From the NCBI GenBank assembly GCA_005893165.1, contig VBOR01000057.1:15408-79407 (forward strand): DNA of 64,000 nucleotides, written 5' to 3'. The translations under genes were made by a program, and so were the position numbers. Below are positions 8,847-17,350 of this stretch, one piece after another. Origin of the DNA: Candidatus Eiseniibacteriota bacterium. Lineage in GTDB: Bacteria; Eisenbacteria; RBG-16-71-46; SZUA-252. Below the pieces are notes generated by a model that saw only the letters and a list, made by a program, of their open reading frames with translations, ran no database searches and was not told the DNA's origin. Numbering within the stretch: the first letter of the stretch is position 1; each line of letters opens with the position of its first letter.

Positions 8847-9862
8847 GCCGCTACCGCGAGGCGGGCGTGAACATCCGGAAGGGAGAGGAAGCGCTCGAGC
8901 GCATCCGCGAGCTGGTCCGCTCCACCTTCAATGCCAACGTGGCCGCGGACCTCGGCTCCTTCGCGGGAGCGTTTCGGGTTCCCGGCGCGCCGGGGAAGCT
9001 CTTCGCCGCGAGCATGGACGGAGTCGGCACCAAGCTCCGCGTCGCAATCCTCGCGGGGAAACACGACACGGTCGGGGAGGATCTCGTCTGCCACTCGGGG
9101 AACGACATCCTCGTGCACGGGGCGACGCCTCTCTTCTTTCTCGACTACATTGCCATGGGGACGCTCGACCCGAAGCGCGTGGAGGAGATCGTGCGCGGGC
9201 TCGCGCGCGGGTGCCGCGAGGTGGGCTGCGCTCTGATCGGCGGGGAGACGGCGGAGATGCCCGGGATCTATGCCGGCGAGGACTACGACCTCGCGGGTGC
9301 GATCGTCGGCCTCGCCGAAGAGTCGGCGTGGATCGACGGATCCGCGATCGCTCCGGGCGACGTTCTCCTGGGCCTTCCCTCGACGGGACTTCACACGAAC
9401 GGCTACTCCCTCGCTCGGAAGATCCTCTTCGAGACGCTCCATTTACGTGTCAAGGACCCCCTCCCGTGGGGGGCGCCGGTCGGCCAGGAGCTCCTGAAAC
9501 CGCATCGCTATTACGGCCCTGCCGTCGCCGTGGCGCGCGCCGCGGGGGAGGTGCGCGGCATGGCCCACATCACCGGCGGAGGGATTCCCGGGAATCTCGT
9601 CCGCGTGCTCCCCGCAGGCGTGAAGGCGGAGGTCGCGCGTTCCAGCTGGCCCGTGCCGGATCTGTTCCGGTTCCTCCGCGAGGCCGGGAAGGTGGGAGAA
9701 GCGGAAGCGTACGAGGTATGGAACATGGGCATCGGCATGATCCTCGTCGTGAAGCGCGAAGACGCCTCGAAGGTGGAGCGCGCGCTCGCCGAGGCCGGTC
9801 ACACGGTCCATCGCATCGGTTCGATCCAGCCGGGATCGCGCGAGGTGAAGCTCACGGCATAG
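8843..9862 (+). CDS. purM: Phosphoribosylformylglycinamidine cyclo-ligase (AIR synthetase)
   Basis: MSRYREAGVNI...DGVGTKL...HITGGG; ATGA overlap with the upstream stop. Confidence 0.9.
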   Translation: MSRYREAGVNIRKGEEALERIRELVRSTFNANVAADLGSFAGAFRVPGAPGKLFAASMDGVGTKLRVAILAGKHDTVGEDLVCHSGNDILVHGATPLFFLDYIAMGTLDPKRVEEIVRGLARGCREVGCALIGGETAEMPGIYAGEDYDLAGAIVGLAEESAWIDGSAIAPGDVLLGLPSTGLHTNGYSLARKILFETLHLRVKDPLPWGAPVGQELLKPHRYYGPAVAVARAAGEVRGMAHITGGGIPGNLVRVLPAGVKAEVARSSWPVPDLFRFLREAGKVGEAEAYEVWNMGIGMILVVKREDASKVERALAEAGHTVHRIGSIQPGSREVKLTA

Positions 9863-9881
9863 CGAAGGAGAGGGCGGGGAC

Positions 9882-10925
9882 GTGGGGTGGGAGATCGCAT
9901 CCGGTCCCGAGGCGGCCGAGCGCCACGCGCTCGAGGAGCTGGCCCGGGACGGCTTTGGTCCGTGCGCCGAGTCGATGGGGATCGTCGGATGGAGCGGCGG
10001 GATCCGTCGTCTGGGCGACCGCATTCGCGCGCTCGCCAGAAGCCATGCCACCGTTCTGATCCTGGGAGAGACCGGGACCGGCAAGGAGCTCGTCGCGCGC
10101 GCCCTGCACGCGCTCTCGCCCCGGGCCGCGCGTCCGTTCGTTCCGCACAATTTCGGAGCCATCGCGGACACCCTGGTCGAGAGCGAGCTCTTCGGTCACG
10201 CGCGCGGATCCTTCACCGGCGCGCATCAGGATCGTGTCGGCCTCTTCGAGGCCGCGCATCAGGGCACCCTGTTCCTGGACGAGATCGGGGACGCCAGCGC
10301 TTCGGTGCAGAGCCGCCTTCTTCGGGTGATCCAGGAAGGGGAGCTTCGGCGCGTCGGAGATTCCCGCTCGAGGCGGGTGGACGTCCGGATCCTCGCGGCG
10401 ACCCACCGGGATCTGGGCGGGGAAGTCGCGTCGGGCCGGTTCCGCGCGGACCTCTTCTACCGTCTCCACGTGCTGACGCTTCCGGTCCCTCCGCTCCGGG
10501 ACCGGCTCGAGGACATTCCCCCGCTTGCCGCTTCCTTCCTGATCCGGCTCTCCCGTCGGGACCGGATCGCGGTGCGCGGCGTCCGCGCGGACGCCTGGAC
10601 CGCCCTGGCGGGGCACTCCTGGCCGGGGAACGTCCGCGAGCTGATGGGCGTGCTCGAGCGCGCCTGTCATGCCCTGGATCGCGAGGGCTGGGTGTCGCGG
10701 TGCTCGCTCGGGGAGAGCTTCGGGATCGCCGGCACGTCGCTCGTTCGCGACCGCGCCGCGGATCTCAAGGGACGGACCCGCGCGTACGAGGCGGCGCTGA
10801 TCCGGAGCGCGCTCGAGTCGCACGGAGGCAACAAAGCGAACGCCGCGCGCTCACTCGGGCTGACGCGTCAAGGATTATGGAAGAAGATGAGGCGATTGAA
10901 ATGTTTCGGTCCTGATTCGCCTTGA
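9882..10925 (+). CDS. Sigma-54-dependent transcriptional activator (AAA+ sigma-54 interaction domain + Fis-type HTH) without a receiver or sensor N-domain
   Basis: Walker A GETGTGKE, GSFTGA (GAFTGA variant), Walker B LFLDEIGD, C-terminal HTH ...NKANAARSLGLTRQGLWKKMRRL. Confidence 0.8.
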   Translation: MGWEIASGPEAAERHALEELARDGFGPCAESMGIVGWSGGIRRLGDRIRALARSHATVLILGETGTGKELVARALHALSPRAARPFVPHNFGAIADTLVESELFGHARGSFTGAHQDRVGLFEAAHQGTLFLDEIGDASASVQSRLLRVIQEGELRRVGDSRSRRVDVRILAATHRDLGGEVASGRFRADLFYRLHVLTLPVPPLRDRLEDIPPLAASFLIRLSRRDRIAVRGVRADAWTALAGHSWPGNVRELMGVLERACHALDREGWVSRCSLGESFGIAGTSLVRDRAADLKGRTRAYEAALIRSALESHGGNKANAARSLGLTRQGLWKKMRRLKCFGPDSP

Positions 10926-10998
10926 TTTCGTCTCCTCAGTTTCTATACTCGCGCGACCGTTCCACACCATCCCTCACGTTTGACCGGGAGCGCCCACG

Positions 10999-12015
10999 TT
11001 GCCACAAGGTCTGACCCGCCTCGGACTCATCGGGGTCGGGGCCATCGCCCAAGTCAATCATCTTCCCGCCCTGGCGCGCATGAAGGACGTCGAGATCTTC
11101 GCGGTTTGCGACGACGATTCCGAGAAGGCGCGCGTCGTGGCGGAGCGCTTCCGCGTTCCGCACGCGGTCTCCGATTACGAGCGGCTGCTCCGCCTCGAGG
11201 AGCTGGACGCCGTGATCATCTCGACGCCGAACCATCTCCATTGCCCCATGACGCTCGCGGCGCTGGACTACGGCAAGCACGTCCTCTGCGAGAAGCCGCC
11301 GGCCCGGAACGCGGCGGAGGCACAGATGATGGCCGACGCGGCCAAGCGCTCGGGGAAGACGCTCATGTACGCCATGAACAACCGGTTCCGCGCCGAAGCT
11401 CAGGTGCTGCGGCGGTTCATCGAGCGCAAGGAGCTGGGGGACCTCTTCTACGCGAAGACCGGCTGGCTCCGGTATCGCACGGAGCGGGGCGGGCCCGAGT
11501 GGTACACGAACAAGCGGAGCGCCGGGGGAGGGGTGTTGATGGATCTCGGGGTCCAGATGCTCGACCTCTCCATGTGGCTGCTCGGCAGCCCTCAAGTATC
11601 CTCGGTCACCGCGACCAAGTACGTCCGGGATCCCCGGCAGGACGTGGAGGACACGCTGGCGGCGATGCTGCTCCTCGAGTCGGGCGCCTCGCTCACTCTG
11701 GAGGTGAGCTGGGCGCTGCTCCTCGAGAAGAACTTCTCCTATCTGAATCTCTACGGCACCGAGGGAGCGGCGCTCCTGCATCCCTTCCGGATCCACAAGG
11801 AGATGGGTGGACGCTTACGTGATATCACGCCCTCGCTGGACTCGGTGCGCAATCTCTACAAGCAGTCCTACGAGCTGGAGCTCGAGCATTTTCTCCGGTG
11901 TATCACGCAAGGGGAGAAGCCCCAGGCTTCCCCCGAGGAGGGGCTCCAGGTCATGAGGATCATCGACGCCATCTACCAATCCGCAGAGTCCCGCCGCGAG
12001 GTCCGTCTCCATTAA
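10999..12015 (+). CDS. Gfo/Idh/MocA-family NAD(P)-dependent oxidoreductase
   Basis: Rossmann N-terminus LGLIGVGAIAQ, EKP motif HVLCEKP. Confidence 0.8.
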   Translation: MPQGLTRLGLIGVGAIAQVNHLPALARMKDVEIFAVCDDDSEKARVVAERFRVPHAVSDYERLLRLEELDAVIISTPNHLHCPMTLAALDYGKHVLCEKPPARNAAEAQMMADAAKRSGKTLMYAMNNRFRAEAQVLRRFIERKELGDLFYAKTGWLRYRTERGGPEWYTNKRSAGGGVLMDLGVQMLDLSMWLLGSPQVSSVTATKYVRDPRQDVEDTLAAMLLLESGASLTLEVSWALLLEKNFSYLNLYGTEGAALLHPFRIHKEMGGRLRDITPSLDSVRNLYKQSYELELEHFLRCITQGEKPQASPEEGLQVMRIIDAIYQSAESRREVRLH

Positions 12016-12037
12016 CCGTTTCCGCGGGCCGCTGGCC

Positions 12038-13383
12038 GTGGCCGCTTCGGGCATTCTCCTCAGCCTTTCCTTCCCGAACGCGGGACTGATGCCGGTCGTG
12101 TTCGTCGCGCTCGTCCCGCTCCTCGTCTGGATGGAGCAGTCGAGCGCGGGTCCGCACCGGACCTCGGCGCTTGCTCCCGAGCCGCGCGGGATGTTCTGGA
12201 TTCCTTGGATCACGGGAATCGTATTCAACGCGCTCCTCTTCTGGTGGCTGGTCCGCCTTCCCGCGCGCGCGATGACGTTCCCCTGGATCATCGGTCCGGG
12301 ACTCCTGGCGCTCGCCGTCTATCTTGGATTCTTCGTGGCCCTCTTCGGATGGCTCGCGCGCTTCATCCGGCGCCGCGTCGGCTGGTCGCTCCTCGTCGTG
12401 GCGCCCGCCGTGTGGGGCGCCTGCGAGTGGCTCAAGTCCTCGGGTCCCCTGGGGTGCACGTGGGGAAACGTGAGCTACGCGCTCGCGGAGCATCCGGCGT
12501 GGATCCAGGGAGCGTCGATCGTCGGCGCTCCGGGGCTCAGCATCTGGATCGAAGTGGGATACCCTACACCAAGAAAGGAGCATCGGGACCCTGGCGCGCC
12601 TCACCTCGGAAGCGGTGTCCCGCGAGCCGAAGCCGGACCTGGTCGTCTGGCCCGAGACCGCGCTTCCCTTCTACGTGCGTCTCGAGGCCCAGAAGCTCGA
12701 CCGGATTCTGGAATTGGTGCGCGCGTGGAACGTGCCGCTCCTGGTGGGGTATCCCGACGCGACCTTCAGCCTGAGCGGCGGCGTGATCACCCACAACGCG
12801 GCCGGGCTCATGCTCCCCTCGAAGACGATCGCGGCCCAGTACGAAAAGATCCACCTCGTCCCATTCGGGGAGCGGATCCCATTCCAGGGGATCCTGCCGT
12901 TCCTGGGAAAGCTCGACCTGGGTCAGGCGGAGTGGACCCCCGGCACCAAGCCCGTGGTGTTTCCGTTCCGGGACGCGCCTTTCGGGGTCCTGATCTGCTT
13001 CGAGTCGATCTTTCCGGGACTCGCGCGCGACTACGCGGTCGACGGCGCGCGCTGGCTCGTCAACATCACCAACGACGAATGGTTTGGCCCGACCGCGGCC
13101 CCCCGCCAGCACGCCGACATGGCCATCTTGCGCTGCGTGGAAGAGGAGATGGGCATGGCGCGGTGCGCGAACACGGGGATCTCGATGCTCATCGATCCGC
13201 TCGGGCGCGAGTCGAAATCGAGCCCTCTGTTCCAGGAGGCGGTCGTGGTGGGGGATGTCGTCCTGGGGGGGAAGCCGACGCTGTTCCGGCTCTGGGGGGA
13301 CTGGCTCACCGGACTCTGCCTCGGGCTGGTTCTCGTCCTGACCCTCCTCGGCTGGTACCGCCCGCTCCGAAGAGATCGCTGAC
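12038..13383 (+). pseudogene. lnt: Apolipoprotein N-acyltransferase, disrupted by a frame change near 12550-12600 with apparent loss of about 60 codons (last TM helices and the start of the CN-hydrolase domain)
   Basis: Membrane N-domain in ORF 12038..13438 ends ...PGLSIWIEVGY then non-homologous; the CN-hydrolase domain in a different frame (ORF 12615..13382) starts at ...LARLTSEAVSREPKPDLVVWPETA. Catalytic E (WPE), K (KIHLVPFGE) and C (ICFESIF) are present. Confidence 0.75.
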
Positions 13384-13434
13384 GCACCGTCCAGGCACCC
13401 GCTGCGGAGCGTGGCCGCGTTGCGCTCCGGCGAT

Positions 13435-13463
13435 TTGACGCGGCGCGCGACTCCGTGTAGAGT
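13435..13463 (+). promoter_or_regulatory. Sigma-70-type promoter TTGACG-N17-TAGAGT
   Basis: Read directly in the lnt / downstream intergenic gap. Confidence 0.5.
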
Positions 13464-13526
13464 GACACTTCAGGCGGATCGGCGAAGGCCGGTCCCGCCT
13501 CCGAAGGCACGGAGGAATCGCACCCA

Positions 13527-14267
13527 GTGCCCGGCTCGCCGGAATCCGACGAAGTGAATCCAGCATCACCCAGAACGCGTGCGCTCCATCCGCTCGCGTG
13601 GCTCCTCTCGCTCGCGTTCGTCGGCGTGGGTCTTGCGCTCACGCGTTCCTGGATCGATCTCGCCGTCGCGGGAATCCTCCTCGCCATCCTGGCGCTCCGC
13701 GCGGAGCGGAAATCTCTGCGCGCGGAAGCTCCTCTGCTGGGACTCGCTCTCATCGTCTTCCTCGCGCACGTCGTGTTCGCCGGCAAGGGATTCCGGGCCG
13801 CGCTCGCGCCCGCCGCGGTGATTGCGTGGCGCCTCCTGGCGCTCCTGTATCTCCTGAGGTGGGCGGCCCGGTCGGCGCTGGGTCCCATCGCGCGCTGGCT
13901 CATGGGGCACCGCCCCCCGTCGCGGCCGCGTATCCTGCTCGTGCTCGTGGAGAGCGCGCGCCTCACGGCCGGGCTCCTGCCCCTGGCGCTCCGCGAGGCC
14001 GAGCAGCACGTGCAGGCGCTGCGCGGGCGCGGGATCCGTCCGGGCCGGGGCCTCCAGGGGATCGCACGATACCTCCTCGCCTGGTTCCTGCCGTTCCTGG
14101 GAACGATGCTCCGGATCGGAGGCGCCTATGCCGACGCGCTTACCGTCCGGGGCTACCGGCTGGCGTGCGCCCGGCGGGCCGGCCTCCCCCTCCACTGGGG
14201 AGTCCGGGAATGGGGGGCGGTCGTGGGGAGCGCCACCGGGGCGGCGTGGTTCCTGCGTGTCTTCTGA
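13527..14267 (+). CDS. Polytopic membrane protein, CbiQ/EcfT-like (ECF-transporter T-component-like), GTG start
   Basis: Five or six TM helices, C-terminal ADALTVRGY motif reminiscent of EcfT; weak call. Confidence 0.45.
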   Translation: MPGSPESDEVNPASPRTRALHPLAWLLSLAFVGVGLALTRSWIDLAVAGILLAILALRAERKSLRAEAPLLGLALIVFLAHVVFAGKGFRAALAPAAVIAWRLLALLYLLRWAARSALGPIARWLMGHRPPSRPRILLVLVESARLTAGLLPLALREAEQHVQALRGRGIRPGRGLQGIARYLLAWFLPFLGTMLRIGGAYADALTVRGYRLACARRAGLPLHWGVREWGAVVGSATGAAWFLRVF

Positions 14268-14283
14268 GGCGCGCACCCTCACG

Positions 14284-14891
14284 GTGCGTCTCGGGATCGA
14301 ATTCGACGGCAGCGACTTCCACGGCTGGCAGGTTCAGCCTCGTGACCGTACCGTTCAGGGGGAGATCGAGCGGGCGATGTGGGAGGTGACGGGGACGAAC
14401 GTGAGGATCGCGGGAGCAGGAAGAACCGATTCGGGGTGTCACGCATCAGGTCAGGTGGCGAGCGCGACGCTCCGGACCCGGCTCACGCCCGAGCGGCTTC
14501 GCATGGCGCTCAACGCGCACCTGCCACGGGACGTGCGGATCGTGGAGGCGGCGGAGACGGATCCGGACTTTCATGCGAGATTTCGCGCGATGCGGCGCGC
14601 CTACCGCTACCTGATCGTCTCGCGGCCCACGGCACTCCTGTCCCGGCGCGCATGGGCGCGTCCCATCCGCGCGGATCTGGAAGCGCTCCGCCGCGCCTCA
14701 CGGCCTCTCGAAGGGTCCCACGGCACGCCGCCGAAGAGGGCGGGGGAGGCAAGGCCGTCCGCGCGGCGCTTCACGCCCGCGATCGGAAGCGCGCCATGCC
14801 GCCCGCGCCCGCTCATGGCTTGTACCTCATGGGGGTCCGCTATCCCCGGCTGGGATGGCTTCCCAAGGAGCATCTGGATGTCTCTGGCTGA
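14284..14891 (+). pseudogene. truA: tRNA pseudouridine(38-40) synthase TruA, disrupted: frame change near 14720-14745 with about 70 codons missing
   Basis: Frame 1: RLGIEFDGSDFHGWQVQP...GAGRTDSGCHASGQVA...RYLIVSRP...EALRRASRPLEGSHG; frame 0 resumes GGGGKAVRAALHARDRKRAMPPAPAHGLYLMGVRYP (conserved C-terminus). Confidence 0.75.
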
Positions 14892-16149
14892 AGGTCCCGC
14901 TTCCACGTTGAAGCGGCGTGACGACGAACGGAGGAGCACCTGGATCTGGGGGCTCGTCTGCGGTCTCCTTCTTCTGGGCGCGATCGTCCTTGGTGCCTCC
15001 GCGATCCAGGTCGCCGGACGAAGTGGCGGGGACCGGGGAGCGCAGAGCGTCAACGCGGCGGCGACCCTGGCGGTGCCCGCGGCGGCCGGCGCGGACGAGG
15101 TCCCGACCCGCTCCGATCCGGGCGCCACGCGCCGGACCGCGATCGTGGAGGCGGCGCATCGCGTCGGGCCGGCCGTCGTCACGATCAGCGTCGTGCAGAC
15201 GCGCATGGTCCAGTCCACTCCGTTCGGAAGCGAGTTCTTCGAGCCCTTCTTCCGGGACATGATCCCGTCCTACCGGTATCGCGAGCAGATCCCGGGCATG
15301 GGCTCGGGCTTCATCATCTCGCCGAAGGGGTACGTGCTCACGAACGAGCACGTGGTGAGCGGGGCCGAGAAGATCACCGTCATCCTGGCCGACGGCCGGT
15401 CCTTCACGGGGAAGGTGCTGGGATCGCATCCGCAATACGACGTTGCCATCGTGAAGATCGAAGGGGAGAACCTCCCGGTCGCGCCGCTCGGCTCGTCGTC
15501 CGACCTCATGGTCGGGGAGTGGGCGATCGCGATCGGAAATCCCTTCGGGTTCCTGCTCAACGACACGCAGCCCACCGTCACCGCGGGCGTGATCAGCGCG
15601 ACCGCGCGCGATATCAAGGCGGGCTCCTCGAGCGGCGGGATCTACAAGAACATGATCCAGACCGACGCCGCGATCAATCCCGGGAACTCGGGAGGGCCGC
15701 TGGTGAACGCGCTGGGTCAGGTCATCGGCGTGAACACCTTCATCTTCACGAAGAGCGGCGGCTCGGAGGGGATCGGATTCGCGATCCCGATCGACGCGGC
15801 CAAGCGCGTGGTGGACGAGATCATCAAATATGGGAGAGTCCGCAACATCTGGATCGGCGTGGGCACCTGGGACATCACGCCCTACCTGGCGGAGCGGATC
15901 GGCACCAAGGACCGGAACGGGCTGTACATCTCCTCCGTGGAGAAGGGGAGCCCGGCGGACAAGGCGGCCGCCCGCGTCGGGGACATCATCCGCAAGGTGA
16001 ACGGCACCGCGATCGGCGACGTGAACGAGGCCTACCGCGCGATCTTCGGGGCGAACGTGGGGGATACGGTCACCCTCACGGTGGAACGGGATGGGAAGCT
16101 GGTGAACCTCCGCCTCATCCTGGAAGAGCTCCAAGAGGAGAAACCTTGA
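14878..16149 (+). CDS. htrA: HtrA/DegP-family periplasmic serine protease with one PDZ domain
   Basis: N-terminal TM/signal; catalytic triad TNEHVV / YDVAIVKI / GNSGGPL; C-terminal PDZ. Confidence 0.9.
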   Translation: MSLAEGPASTLKRRDDERRSTWIWGLVCGLLLLGAIVLGASAIQVAGRSGGDRGAQSVNAAATLAVPAAAGADEVPTRSDPGATRRTAIVEAAHRVGPAVVTISVVQTRMVQSTPFGSEFFEPFFRDMIPSYRYREQIPGMGSGFIISPKGYVLTNEHVVSGAEKITVILADGRSFTGKVLGSHPQYDVAIVKIEGENLPVAPLGSSSDLMVGEWAIAIGNPFGFLLNDTQPTVTAGVISATARDIKAGSSSGGIYKNMIQTDAAINPGNSGGPLVNALGQVIGVNTFIFTKSGGSEGIGFAIPIDAAKRVVDEIIKYGRVRNIWIGVGTWDITPYLAERIGTKDRNGLYISSVEKGSPADKAAARVGDIIRKVNGTAIGDVNEAYRAIFGANVGDTVTLTVERDGKLVNLRLILEELQEEKP

Positions 16150-17350
16150 TCCCGCGCTACAGCCGCCCCGAGATGGCGGCCCTCTTCGACGATGCCGCCC
16201 GCTACCGGACCTGGCTCGAGGTGGAGCTGGCCGTCTCGGCCGCGATGGAACGGACCGGCGAGGTGCCCGCGGGGGTGACCGCGCGCGCCCGCTCGCGCGC
16301 CAAGGTGGATCCCAAGCGGGTGGACGATCTGGAGGCGACCCTCCGTCACGACGTGATCGCGTTCCTGTCCGCGCTGGGAGAATCGGTCGGGGAGGACGCG
16401 CGCCACCTTCACAAGGGCATGACCTCCTCGGACCTCGTGGATACGGCGCTGGCCCTCACCTTGACGCGCGCCTGCGACCTGCTCCTCGCCGAGACGAAGC
16501 GCCTTCGCGACACGGCGCGTGCCCTCGCGGTCCGCCACAAGGAAACCAGCGGGCCGCGGTCGCGGTGGGAAAGCTTTCCGGCGCCGTGGGCACCCACGCG
16601 CACCTGAGCCCCGAGCTCGAGGAGGAGGTGCTGCGTTCGCTGGGCCTGGAACCGGAGCCCGTGGCGACCCAGGTCGTGCAGCGGGACCGACACGCCGAGC
16701 TGGTGCAGTCGATCGCGCTCCTCGGGGCCTCGCTCGAGAAGATCGCGACGCAGATCCGCCTCATGCAGCAGACCGAGATCCTCGAGGTGGAAGAGCCCTT
16801 CCGGGAAGGCCAGAAGGGTTCCTCGGCGATGCCCCACAAGCGGAATCCGGTGAACTGCGAGCGGATCTGCGGGCTCGCGCGGGTGCTGCGCGCGAACGCG
16901 CTCGTGTCGCTCGAGAACGTGGCGCTCTGGCACGAGCGCGACATCAGCCACTCGAGCGCGGAGCGGGTCATCCTTCCGGATTCCTTCCTCGCCTGCGACT
17001 TCATGGCCGTCCAGCTGCGCGAGGTGCTGGAAATGCTCCACGTCTACCCCGAGCGCATGCGCTCCAATCTCGAGATGACCCGCGGCCTGATCTACTCGCA
17101 GCGCGCCCTCCTGGCGCTCATCCAGGCCGGCATGTCCCGAGAGGACGCCTACGCGCTGGTGCAGCGGCACGCCATGGCGGCCTGGAAGGGCGAGCCCGGT
17201 CTCAGCGAGCGGCTCGCGTCCGATGCCGCCGTGACGCGGGCGCTGAGCCAGGAAAAGCTCGTCGCCTGCTTCGATCCCGCCCACTTCACACAGCACGTGA
17301 ACCGAATCTTCGAGCGTGTTCTGGGAGAGCCCGTTGCAGCAGCTCGATAA
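16146..17350 (+). pseudogene. purB: Adenylosuccinate lyase, disrupted: frame change near 16545-16565 with about 45 codons missing, including the GRTHGxHA catalytic loop
   Basis: TTG start LIPRYSRPEM (B. subtilis MIERYSRPEM); frame 0 to ...AVRHKET; a different frame resumes VGKLSGAVGT...GSSAMPHKRNP signature intact. Confidence 0.8.

Noticed and set aside
12205-12774. 189-aa ORF in the third frame across the lnt break
   Set aside because: No homology; a by-product of the frame switch region.
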